DNA from: an uncultured Methylomirabilota bacterium
GTDB taxonomy: Bacteria; Methylomirabilota; Methylomirabilia; Methylomirabilales; 2-02-FULL-66-22
Length of the DNA: 64,000 nucleotides
Assembly: GCA_963705305.1 (NCBI GenBank)
Contig: OY970067.1
Location: 3,616,001-3,680,000, forward strand
Direction of reading: 5' to 3'
Made by a program: the position numbers and the translations under genes. The notes beneath the pieces are model-generated. The model saw nothing but the letters and a program-made list of their open reading frames with translations, made no database searches and was not told the origin of the DNA. Every line of letters begins with the position of its first letter. The first letter of the stretch is position 1. This document shows, in pieces, positions 21,047 through 31,830 of the stretch.

Positions 21047-21781
21047 GTGACGGAGCCCGTGGCGCCCCTGGTGGATGTTCAGGGCCTGACGAAGGTCTTC
21101 GGCGGTACGCTGGCCCTGGACGCGGTGGATCTCCGGGTGGCGTCGGGCGAGGTCGTGGCCCTTCTGGGGCCGAACGGCGCCGGTAAGACGACCCTCCTGA
21201 AGCTCTTGTCCACGGCGCTGAAGCCCACGGTGGGGGGCGGGCGGGTGCTGGGGGAGGATCTGTTGAAGGGGTGCGATGCCATCCGCCGGCGGATCGGCAT
21301 GATCTCTCACAATCACCACCTCTACGAGGACCTGACGGCCGAGGAGAACCTGCGGTTCGCGGCCGTCATGCACGGGATGCGCGCGGAGGCCGGCGCCATC
21401 CGGAAGGCGCTGACCGAGGTGGGTCTGGAGGAGCAGGCGCGCGGGAAGGTCCGGACGTTCAGCACCGGGATGAAGCGCCGGCTGGTCATCGGAAAGATGT
21501 TGCTCTTCGCGCCCGACCTCTTGTTCCTGGACGAGCCCCACAACACGCTGGACCAGGCCGCCATTCAGCTGCTCAACGGGTATGTCGCCTCGGTGGCGGC
21601 CCGCGGGGGCGCGGCCGTGATGGCGACGCACAATCTGTCCCGCGCCTTCGACATGGCGGATCGCTTCGTGTTGATGCACGACGGGATGGTGGTGCGGGAT
21701 GTGGCCAAGGATGGGCTGACGGCCGACCGCCTGCGGGCCTTGTACGCCCGCTGCGCGGAAGACGGGGAGAGCGATGTCTGA
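21047..21781 (+). CDS. ccmA: heme exporter ATP-binding protein
   Basis: Walker A GPNGAGKT, FSTGMKRR and LDEP; first gene of the ccm cluster. Confidence 0.85.
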   Translation: MTEPVAPLVDVQGLTKVFGGTLALDAVDLRVASGEVVALLGPNGAGKTTLLKLLSTALKPTVGGGRVLGEDLLKGCDAIRRRIGMISHNHHLYEDLTAEENLRFAAVMHGMRAEAGAIRKALTEVGLEEQARGKVRTFSTGMKRRLVIGKMLLFAPDLLFLDEPHNTLDQAAIQLLNGYVASVAARGGAAVMATHNLSRAFDMADRFVLMHDGMVVRDVAKDGLTADRLRALYARCAEDGESDV

Positions 21782-21796
21782 GTGGCGCGGGAGCGC

Positions 21797-21936
21797 GGCG
21801 TGGTAGGCGAGGTGGTGCGCCGGGCGTGGGCGATGGCGCGACCCCAGCCCACCGGCGCCCGGCAAACTCGCAGGGCGGCAGTCGGGGGTGGGGCGTGGTA
21901 GGCGAGGTGGTGCGCCGGGCGTGGGCGATGGCGCGA
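21797..21936 (+). repeat. perfect 45-bp direct repeat of the ccmB 5' end (21797-21841 and 21892-21936)
   Basis: GGCGTGGTAGGCGAGGTGGTGCGCCGGGCGTGGGCGATGGCGCGA occurs twice, offset by 95 bp. Confidence 0.9.
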
Positions 21937-22578
21937 AAGGACGTCACGGTGGAGCTGCGCGCCCGCGAGCGGGTCAACGCCATGCTGTTCTTCGCCGGCC
22001 TGGTGCTCTTCATCTTCAACTTTGCCCTGGGCCCCGACCAGGAGCGGCTGCGCCAGGCGGCCTCGGGACTGCTCTGGCTGGCCTTCCTCTTCACGGGGAT
22101 GCTGGGTCTGGGCCGCAGCTTTCAGGCCGAGCGGGAGAACGAGTGCTTCGAGGAGTTGCTACTCACTCCCGGCGATCGCGAGTCCATCTATTTCGGGAAG
22201 CTGACGGGGAACATCCTGTTCATGCTGACGGCGGAGGCCTTCATCCTGCCCCTCTTCGGCATTCTGTACAATCTGGACATCTGGGCGCGGCTGCCGCAGC
22301 TGTTCGTGGTGGCCTTTCTGGGGACGATCGGCTTCTCGACCCTCGGCACGCTGCTGGCGGCGATGACGGCCCACCTGCGGGCCCGGGAGGTCATGCTGCC
22401 GCTGCTCCTGTTCCCGCTGACGGTGCCGGTGATCCTGGGGTCCGTGCACGCGACGGAGGCGATCCTGGCGGGCGGGGGGCTGGGGGAGGTGTCCCACTGG
22501 CTGAAGCTGCTGGGGGGCTTCGACGTGATCTTCCTGGTGGTCTGCCCCCTCGTGTTCGAATTTGTTCTGGAGGAGTGA
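21895..22578 (+). CDS. ccmB: heme exporter permease
   Basis: KDVTVELRARE, GLLWLAFLF and REVMLPLLLFPLTVPVIL; multi-TM protein. Confidence 0.9.
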   Translation: MVGEVVRRAWAMARKDVTVELRARERVNAMLFFAGLVLFIFNFALGPDQERLRQAASGLLWLAFLFTGMLGLGRSFQAERENECFEELLLTPGDRESIYFGKLTGNILFMLTAEAFILPLFGILYNLDIWARLPQLFVVAFLGTIGFSTLGTLLAAMTAHLRAREVMLPLLLFPLTVPVILGSVHATEAILAGGGLGEVSHWLKLLGGFDVIFLVVCPLVFEFVLEE

Positions 22579-23342
22579 TGGCAAACGAGTCGGGCCTGGT
22601 CAAATGCATCGGGGTGGCGGCGCTGGGACTGCTGGCCATCGGCCTCTACCTGGGGTTGATTGTGGCACCGCCGGACGCGGTGCAGGGAGACGTGCAGCGG
22701 ATCATGTACCTGCACGTGCCCTCCATTGTCACCGCGTACCTCTGCTTTTTCCTGGTCTTCTGCGCCAGCCTGCTCTACCTCTGGAAGCGAGACCTGCGGC
22801 TGGACGCGGTGGCTGTCTCCGCCGCCGAGATCGGTGTGGTGTTTACCGGAATCACCCTGGCCACGGGCTCTATCTGGGGCAAGTCGACCTGGGGGGTCTG
22901 GTGGACCTGGGATGCCCGGCTGACCCTGACGGCCATCCTGTTCACGATCTACGTGGGGTATCTGATCTTGCGGAATTTCGCCGAGGATCCGCGGGCAGGG
23001 GCGCGCTATGGGGCGGTCCTGGCCATCCTCGGCTTTCTGGACATTCCCCTCAACCACTTCGCCGTCTACTGGTGGCGCACGCTGCACCAGCCCTCCTCGC
23101 TGCTCCGGGCCGGCGGCCCCTCGGTGGCGCCGGCCATGCTGAAACCGCTGGCGGTGATGTTCGCCGGGCTGGTCCTCCTGGCCGCGTATCTGCTGATGGA
23201 GCGCGTGCGGCTGGAGTTGGTGCGGCAGCGCACCGCCGACCTGCGCCTGGTGCGGGGGCGGCGGCACCGGCGGGAGGAGGTCGGAGGAGTGGCGCACCCG
23301 GCCGGCGCGGCCGTGCCGCCCGCAGGAGGAGAGCATGGGTAG
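22578..23342 (+). CDS. ccmC: heme exporter / cytochrome c biogenesis protein C
   Basis: RIMYLHVP, WWD domain WGKSTWGVWWTWDARLT and WWRTLHQ. Confidence 0.93.
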   Translation: MANESGLVKCIGVAALGLLAIGLYLGLIVAPPDAVQGDVQRIMYLHVPSIVTAYLCFFLVFCASLLYLWKRDLRLDAVAVSAAEIGVVFTGITLATGSIWGKSTWGVWWTWDARLTLTAILFTIYVGYLILRNFAEDPRAGARYGAVLAILGFLDIPLNHFAVYWWRTLHQPSSLLRAGGPSVAPAMLKPLAVMFAGLVLLAAYLLMERVRLELVRQRTADLRLVRGRRHRREEVGGVAHPAGAAVPPAGGEHG

Positions 23343-23481
23343 CTGGGGGTTCATCGGGCTGGCCTACGGCCTCGCGGCGCTGGTGCTGGTGGTCTATGCG
23401 GCCATGCTGCGCAGCCGCCTGCGGACGGCGGGAGAGGAGATGGCCGCATTGGAGCGCGAGGACGGCCGGAGGGCGCGATGA
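23335..23481 (+). CDS. ccmD: heme exporter protein D (48 aa, below the ORF track cutoff)
   Basis: MGSWGFIGLAYGLAALVLVVYAAMLRSRLR...*; lies between ccmC and ccmE with GGAGG RBS and ATGA overlap. Confidence 0.8.
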   Translation: MGSWGFIGLAYGLAALVLVVYAAMLRSRLRTAGEEMAALEREDGRRAR

Positions 23482-23929
23482 AGGGACGCAAGCTGAAATA
23501 CCTGGTGGCGGCGGCCATCGTGGCGGCGGCCCTGGGAGGCCTGGTCTATTCCGGCGTGAAGGAGTCGGTGGTCTACTTCTACACGCCGAGCGAGCTGATG
23601 CAGAAACGACAGGCGCTGGAGGGCAGGGCGCTGCGCATCGGCGGCATGGTGCAGCCGGGCTCCGTGCACTGGGACCCGCAAACCCTGCTGCTCACCTTCA
23701 CGCTCACCGACGGCCAGGGCACCGTGGCCGTCCGGCACGCGGGGACCGCCCCCGACCTGTTCAGGGCGGGGGCGGGGGCGGTGGTCGAGGGCACCTGGTC
23801 GCCGGCCGGGTACTTCCAGGCCACCACCATCATGGCCAAGCACTCGGAGGAGTATAAGCCGCCGGCCCATCCGGAGACGCTGGAGGCGAAGAAGGAGATG
23901 TTCAGGTCTATCCTGAAAGAGGAGAAGCA

Positions 23930-23933
<4 letters not shown>
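23478..23933 (+). CDS. ccmE: heme chaperone
   Basis: VYFYTPSE, PDLFR and MAKHSEEY (HxxxY). Confidence 0.93.
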
Positions 23934-25915
<1,982 letters not shown>

Positions 25916-25936
25916 GCGAGTGCTCTGGAGTTGCGC

Positions 25937-26461
25937 ATGTCCTGGAAGAAAGCCCTGATCCCCCTGTCCTGCGTGCCGGTCATCATCCTGCTGGCCTACG
26001 GCTTCCGGACCGATCCGCGGGCCATTCCCTCCCCGCTGGTCCAGAAGCCGGCGCCCATCTTCCGGCTGGCAGCCTACGGGGGGCCGGAGGTCTCGCTGGA
26101 CAATCTCAAGGGGAAGCCGGTTCTGCTGAACTTTTGGGCCTCCTGGTGCTACCCCGCCTGCTACGAGGAGGCGCCGCCGCTCGAGGCCACCTGGCAGAAA
26201 TACAAGGATCAGGGGCTCGTCATGCTGGGGGTGGACATCCAGGACAAGGAGGCCGACGCCAAGGAGTTCCTCAGCCGCTTCGGGTACACGTTCCCCAACG
26301 GGCCTGACCCGGGCGGCAAGATCTCCATCGATTACGGAGTCTACGGCGTGCCCGAGACGTTCTTCATCGACCGAAAGGGGCGGATCGCGTACAAGCAGGT
26401 CGGAGGCCTGACGCCCGAGATCATCGAGGCGCAGGTGCGCGCCCTGCTGAGGAGCGAGTGA
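25937..26461 (+). CDS. ccmG: thiol:disulfide oxidoreductase CcmG/DsbE (TlpA-like) with atypical CYPAC motif
   Basis: LNFWASWCYPAC and YGVYGVPETFFID. Confidence 0.85.
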   Translation: MSWKKALIPLSCVPVIILLAYGFRTDPRAIPSPLVQKPAPIFRLAAYGGPEVSLDNLKGKPVLLNFWASWCYPACYEEAPPLEATWQKYKDQGLVMLGVDIQDKEADAKEFLSRFGYTFPNGPDPGGKISIDYGVYGVPETFFIDRKGRIAYKQVGGLTPEIIEAQVRALLRSE

Positions 26462-26462
26462 G

Positions 26463-27011
26463 ATGTGGCCGGCGGCGGTGCGGTCCATGCGGCGAGAGCC
26501 TGTTCCAGCCTGCGGGTGGGCGCTCATGGCGGCGGCGCTGATCTGCCTGACCTGGGTCCTCCAGGGTCCACTCTTGACGGCGGGCGCCGCGGAGGGCGTA
26601 CCCCTGTCCCCCGCCCAGGAGGCAAAAGCCAGAGGGATCGCGTCGGAGCTGCGCTGTGTGGTGTGCCAGAACCTCTCGGTGGAGGACTCACCGTCCGATC
26701 TGGCCAAGGAGATGCGGAACCTGGTGCGCGAGCAGGTTCGCCGGGGGAAGAGCAAGCAGGAGATCGAGGACTACTTCGTCAGCCGCTACGGGGAGTTCGT
26801 GCTCCTGGCTCCTCCCAAGCGGGGCTTCAACCTGTTGGTGTGGGGTCTCCCGTTCGTGGCGATCCTGGCGGGGGCTTGCGGGGTCTACCTGGTGGCCCGG
26901 CGCTGGGCGCAGCAGGGCCGGGCGCATGCCACGCCGACCGTGGACCCGGCGTATACCGAGCGGGTGCAGCGCGAGCTGCGCGAGCGCGAGGGAAGCGCGG
27001 ACCGGCCGTGA
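26463..27011 (+). CDS. ccmH: cytochrome c biogenesis protein H
   Basis: LRCVVCQN and RYGEFVLLAP. Confidence 0.9.
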   Translation: MWPAAVRSMRREPVPACGWALMAAALICLTWVLQGPLLTAGAAEGVPLSPAQEAKARGIASELRCVVCQNLSVEDSPSDLAKEMRNLVREQVRRGKSKQEIEDYFVSRYGEFVLLAPPKRGFNLLVWGLPFVAILAGACGVYLVARRWAQQGRAHATPTVDPAYTERVQRELREREGSADRP

Positions 27012-27103
27012 GCGGCCGCGGAGGCCTGCCGCCTCCAGCTGGCCGGACCCCGTCGTATTCCTGCCCCCGATCGCCGGGCCGGCGGCATTCCTAAGGAGAG
27101 TGC

Positions 27104-27448
27104 ATGATCGTCGTGGTGACGCTCGGCATCGCATTCGTCGTGGTGGCATTCGTGGCGGCCCCCTTCTTCCTTGTCCCGCGGCACGTTGCCCCCGCGGCCG
27201 GCGGGGAGAACCCGATGCCGGAGCCGCTCCGCGAGCTGCTGGCGGAGAAAGAGACCGTCTACGCCGCCATCCAGGAGCTGGATTTCGATTTCAAGTCCGG
27301 CAAGCTGTCCGCCGAAGATCACCAGACTCTGCGGCAGCGGCACGAAGCCGAGGCCGCCGTGCTGCTCCAGAGGATCGACGAGCTGCAGGCGCAGTCGCAG
27401 AAGACGCAGCCGATCGGAAAGGCGCGCCGGGAGCGGCGCACGGCATGA
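27104..27448 (+). CDS. membrane protein resembling the CcmI N-terminal region
   Basis: TM helix followed by IQELDFDFKSGKLSAED; AAGGAG RBS; located in the ccm cluster. Confidence 0.65.
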   Translation: MIVVVTLGIAFVVVAFVAAPFFLVPRHVAPAAGGENPMPEPLRELLAEKETVYAAIQELDFDFKSGKLSAEDHQTLRQRHEAEAAVLLQRIDELQAQSQKTQPIGKARRERRTA

Positions 27449-28590
27449 GGGCCATGCGGGATCAGCTCCGGCGGGCCGGCCTGTCGGACCTCTTCGAGAA
27501 GGTGCAGGCCGGCCGCCGTCTCGATGCCGGCGACGGGATGCGGCTGTACACGACGCCCGACCTCACCGCCGTGGGATACCTGGCGAACCTGGTGCGCGAG
27601 CGGCGGAGCGGCGACCGCACCTACTACGTGTGCAACCTGCACATCAACTACACCAATATCTGCAACAAGCTGTGCAAGTTCTGCTCTTTTTACGCCGCGC
27701 CCAACAGCGACGACGGCCGCGGTTACGTCCTCAGCCCGGAAGAGGCAGCCGCCCGCGTGGCCCGGTACGCCGATGAGCCCATCCGCGAGATCCACATGGT
27801 GGCGGGAATCAACCCCAAGCTGCCCTACCAATACTACCTGGATCTCCTGCGAGCGGTGCGGGCCGCGCGCCCGGAGGCCCAGATCAAGGCCTTCACCATG
27901 ATCGAACTGGCCCAGATCGCCCGTGCGGCCAAGCGGCCGCTGCCGGACATCCTGCCGGAGTTGCGGGCGGCCGGCCTCACCGCCTGTCCCGGCGGCGGGG
28001 CGGAGGTCTTCAGCGACCGGGTCCACGAAGAGCTGTTCCGGGCCAAGCTGGACAACCAGGGCTGGTTCGAGGTGGCGCGGGCCGTCCACCGGGCGGGCAT
28101 CCCGTCCAACGCCACCATGCTGTACGGGCATATCGAGACCGTCGAGGAGAAGGTGCGGCATCTCCTGCACATGCGGGAGCTGCAGGACGAGACCGGCGGG
28201 TTCATGTGTTTCGTGCCCCTGGCTTTCGACCCCAGCCGGACGGAGCTGGACCACCTGCCCGCTCCCACCGGCTACGCCAACCTGCGGGAGATCGCGGCGG
28301 CCCGCCTGCTGCTGGACAATTTCCCGCACGTGAAAGCCTTCTGGATCATGATCACCCCCGCCGTGGCGCAGGCGGCCCTGTGGTATGGGGCCGACGACCT
28401 GGACGGGACGGTGTCCCACTACGAGATCACGCACGCCCTGGGGACGGATTCCCACCGGCAGGCCCTCCGCACGGCGGATCTGCTCGATCTCATCACCGAG
28501 GCCGGCCGCGTGCCGGTCGAGCGGGATGCCTTGTACCGGGTGATGGGCGAGGCCGAGGCCCCGGCGGGAGTCGGGAGTCGGGTCTCATGA
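27445..28590 (+). CDS. mqnE: aminofutalosine synthase (CofH-family radical SAM)
   Basis: NYTNICNKLCKFC, PGGGAEVF, NATMLYGHIET, HVKAFWIM and YGADDLDGTV. Confidence 0.85.
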   Translation: MRAMRDQLRRAGLSDLFEKVQAGRRLDAGDGMRLYTTPDLTAVGYLANLVRERRSGDRTYYVCNLHINYTNICNKLCKFCSFYAAPNSDDGRGYVLSPEEAAARVARYADEPIREIHMVAGINPKLPYQYYLDLLRAVRAARPEAQIKAFTMIELAQIARAAKRPLPDILPELRAAGLTACPGGGAEVFSDRVHEELFRAKLDNQGWFEVARAVHRAGIPSNATMLYGHIETVEEKVRHLLHMRELQDETGGFMCFVPLAFDPSRTELDHLPAPTGYANLREIAAARLLLDNFPHVKAFWIMITPAVAQAALWYGADDLDGTVSHYEITHALGTDSHRQALRTADLLDLITEAGRVPVERDALYRVMGEAEAPAGVGSRVS

Positions 28591-29669
28591 ATGTTGCGCA
28601 TCACGATCTGGAGGATATCGAGGACAGGATCCTGGCGGGCGAGCGACTGAGCTTTGCCGACGGCGTCCGGCTGTTCCGGCAGGCCAACCCGCTCCAGCTC
28701 TCCGTCTGGGCGTCCCTGGTCCGCCGGCGTCTGCATCCGGACGATCTGGTCACCTACGTCATCGGCCGGAACATCAACTATACCAACGTCTGCTGGGTGC
28801 AGTGCAAGTTCTGCAATTTTTACCGGCTGCCCGGCTCCGGCGGGGGCTACGTCCTGACCCGGGAGCAGATCTTCCGAAAGATTCAGGAGCTGGTGGACCT
28901 GAACGGGACCGAGATTCTGATCCAGGGCGGGTTGAACCCAGCGCTCAAGATCGACTTCTTCGAGGAGCTATTCCGCGAGATCAAGGCGCGCTTTCCCATC
29001 CACATTCACGGGCTGTCGCCGGCCGAGATCATCTATCTGGCCAAGATCTCCGGCCTCGGGGAGGCGGAGTGCCTGCGCCGCCTCCGGACTGCGGGGCTGG
29101 ATTCCGTGCCGGGGGCGGGCGCGGAGATGCTGGTGGAGGAGGTGCGGGAGCAGATCGCGCCGTACAAGGACTCAACCGAGGCCTGGCTCAACCTCATGCG
29201 CACCGCCCACCGGCTGGGGATCCCATCTACCGTGACCATGATGTACGGGTCGGTGGAGACGGTGGAACAGCGGGTGGAGCACCTCATCGCGGTGCGGGAT
29301 CTCCAAGACGAGACGGGGGGGTTCCGGGCCTTCATCCCCTGGAGCTTTCAACCGGAAGGGACGCACCTCTCCACGGTGAAGCGGGCCAGCGGGCTGGATT
29401 ACCTCCGGACGGTAGCCGTGTCGCGCCTGATCCTGGACAACATCCCCAACATCCAGGCCTCCTGGTTGACCCAGGGGCCCCGCATCGGCCAGATCGCCCT
29501 CCAGTACGGGGTCAATGACATGGGCAGCACCGTCATGGAGGAGAACGTCGTCACGGCCAAAGGGGCCGTCTTCCTCGTTCCGCTGCCGGAGATCGAGCGC
29601 CTCATCCGGGACGCCGGCTTTCGCCCGGCCCGCCGCAACACCCGCTACGAGCTGCTCCCCGCCGCCTGA
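28587..29669 (+). CDS. mqnC: cyclic dehypoxanthinyl futalosine synthase
   Basis: RNINYTNVCWVQCKFC, AFIPWSFQP, QASWLTQG and DMGSTVMEENVV. Confidence 0.88.
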   Translation: MNVAHHDLEDIEDRILAGERLSFADGVRLFRQANPLQLSVWASLVRRRLHPDDLVTYVIGRNINYTNVCWVQCKFCNFYRLPGSGGGYVLTREQIFRKIQELVDLNGTEILIQGGLNPALKIDFFEELFREIKARFPIHIHGLSPAEIIYLAKISGLGEAECLRRLRTAGLDSVPGAGAEMLVEEVREQIAPYKDSTEAWLNLMRTAHRLGIPSTVTMMYGSVETVEQRVEHLIAVRDLQDETGGFRAFIPWSFQPEGTHLSTVKRASGLDYLRTVAVSRLILDNIPNIQASWLTQGPRIGQIALQYGVNDMGSTVMEENVVTAKGAVFLVPLPEIERLIRDAGFRPARRNTRYELLPAA

Positions 29670-29746
29670 GCGGTGGGACCCGGCCAATCTGTGCGATCTT
29701 TCTGTCCTTGACGGTGGCCTGTTTCGGATGAAAGGAGTGTCAGCCG

Positions 29747-30190
29747 ATGGTTCCCTACGAGAGGCAGATGCCCACCGTCATCCGGCCGAGCCAGATTGCC
29801 ACCGACGTGACATACGAGCCGCCGCTGCGCGTCGGGTTCGGGATCAACGACACGACCGTGGACGGCGCCACGGCGACCATGGGGCGCACGATCCTGGTGC
29901 CGGGCGCCGGTCCCAACCCGACCCACTACCATTCGGTGAACGACGTCTGTTGGTACATCCTGTACGGCCGGATACGGGCGTGGTTCGCGCGGTCTGACGG
30001 GAGCGACCGGAAAGAGGTGATTCTCGAAGGCGGCGACTTTGTCTACATTCCCAGCGGGGCCATCCACGTCATCGCCAATGCCTCGGACAGCGAGGAGGCG
30101 TCCCTGATCTTCTGCTATATCGGCGTAGGCAACACCGGGGCCGCCAAGACAGTCTGGCTGGACACGTCCCGGATGGCCCCGGATGCCTGA
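29747..30190 (+). CDS. cupin domain protein
   Basis: THYH...GDFVYIPSGAIH cupin motifs; AAGGAG RBS. Confidence 0.85.
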   Translation: MVPYERQMPTVIRPSQIATDVTYEPPLRVGFGINDTTVDGATATMGRTILVPGAGPNPTHYHSVNDVCWYILYGRIRAWFARSDGSDRKEVILEGGDFVYIPSGAIHVIANASDSEEASLIFCYIGVGNTGAAKTVWLDTSRMAPDA

Positions 30191-30453
30191 CTTTTGTGTC
30201 TGCTTGCGTCTCCCAACCGGCTCAGCAAGCCAGGTGCTGCGACGGCGGGCAGACATCGTGCGCCATGAAGCTATGGGTCTCCTGCGCCAGGAGGATCGGT
30301 CCGGTTCAGCTCGAGGCATCGAGCAATACGGCTGCGAGCAGGCACGCTGAGTCGGCACGGGCTGCTGGGGGTCGGAAGAGAACGCAGGCCGGGCTCGGCC
30401 CCCGGCCGGCAGGGGCATCGCATGGTGCCCGTAGCCTCTGAGGTGGTGCAACG

Positions 30454-31650
30454 ATGTTCGGGATGCGATTCCTGCGACTCCGCATAATTTTCTTCATGCT
30501 TGGGTTGCTGGCCCAGTGGTATGTCTTCGTCCGTATCCGGCGGGCCATCCGGGCTTCCGGATGCTCCGACCGTCTCAAACGCCGCACGGTCCGTCTGGTG
30601 GGGGCGGCCATTGCGCTGCTGTTCGGGGTGAATGTGTGGATGCTCTTCCGGCCCATCCTCTGGGTCGATCCGCCCCGGGTGGCGCAGATTGGATTCTTCT
30701 ATCCGGCTGCAGCGTGGAGCTTCGGATCGGTCGTTTCGGCCCTGTTGCTTTTGCTGGCGGCGATTCCCGGATGCCTGAAGGCGCTGGCGGGCAGGCTCGC
30801 CCGCGGGGCGGCGAACCCCGTCACCGCCGCCCCGATGAATCCAGGGCGCCGTCGATTCCTGCAGGCAGGGACGGCCGGACTCGTCGCGGCCCCCCTGGTG
30901 GTCTCCGGGTATGGTGTCGCATACGCGAGCAGGGATTACCGGGTCGAGGAGGTCGCCTTGCCCTTCGGCAGGTCCGTGCGCGTCGTGCAACTCACCGACA
31001 TCCATGCCGGCGTCTACATGACCCGGGATGATATGCGGTGCTACGCCGACCAGGTCATAGCCCTGCAGCCCGACCTTTTCGTCCTGACCGGGGACTTCAT
31101 CTCGAACTCGATGGTGTTTCTTCCAGACTGTGTGGAGGAGATGGCTCGGGTGCGCGCCCGCTACGGGAGCTTTGCGACACTGGGAAATCACGAGCATATG
31201 TGGGGGAGGCCGGATGAAGTTCGGGATATTCTCGAGCGGCATCGAATCCCGCTCCTGAACAACGCCCACCAGATGGTCCAGACCGACCAAGGCCCATTCG
31301 CCGTCGTAGGGATCGACGATCTGATCACCGGACAGCCCGATCTGGACGGGGCGCTGCGGGGACTGGATCCCGGCATCCCAACGCTTCTGCTGTCGCATCG
31401 CCCGGAGATTTTCCCCGTGGCTGCCTCCCGTCGGATTCCGCTGACCCTGGCGGGCCATTGGCACGGGGGGCAAATCAAGCTGAGCCTGCCGGGGATGGAG
31501 ATCAGCTTTGCGCACCTCTGGACGCCCTACCCGGAGGGGCTGTACCGGATCAAGGCGTCGCATCTCTACGTCAGCCGCGGGATCGGGACCACGTTCACTC
31601 CGGTTCGGCTGAATGCGCCGCCTGAAGTCACTTTGTTTCGTTTAGAGTAG
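30454..31650 (+). CDS. membrane-anchored metallophosphoesterase (YkuE-like)
   Basis: TDIHAG, TGDF, LGNHE, LSHRPE, AGHWHGGQ and VSRGIG. Confidence 0.9.
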   Translation: MFGMRFLRLRIIFFMLGLLAQWYVFVRIRRAIRASGCSDRLKRRTVRLVGAAIALLFGVNVWMLFRPILWVDPPRVAQIGFFYPAAAWSFGSVVSALLLLLAAIPGCLKALAGRLARGAANPVTAAPMNPGRRRFLQAGTAGLVAAPLVVSGYGVAYASRDYRVEEVALPFGRSVRVVQLTDIHAGVYMTRDDMRCYADQVIALQPDLFVLTGDFISNSMVFLPDCVEEMARVRARYGSFATLGNHEHMWGRPDEVRDILERHRIPLLNNAHQMVQTDQGPFAVVGIDDLITGQPDLDGALRGLDPGIPTLLLSHRPEIFPVAASRRIPLTLAGHWHGGQIKLSLPGMEISFAHLWTPYPEGLYRIKASHLYVSRGIGTTFTPVRLNAPPEVTLFRLE

Positions 31651-31830
31651 ATGGGGGAGAGAATTAGGGTGAAACGAATCCAGACGTTTGGCAGTATAAG
31701 TGAGTAAGCACTCACATATTATTAGGACAAGAGCAAGAGATCGAGAATCGAGCCCGGGTTTTGCGTGTGCCTACAAGGATTGCTGCGATGCGGCCCGGAT
31801 CCGGCAGGGGGGAAGGGAGGTTAGACTGAC

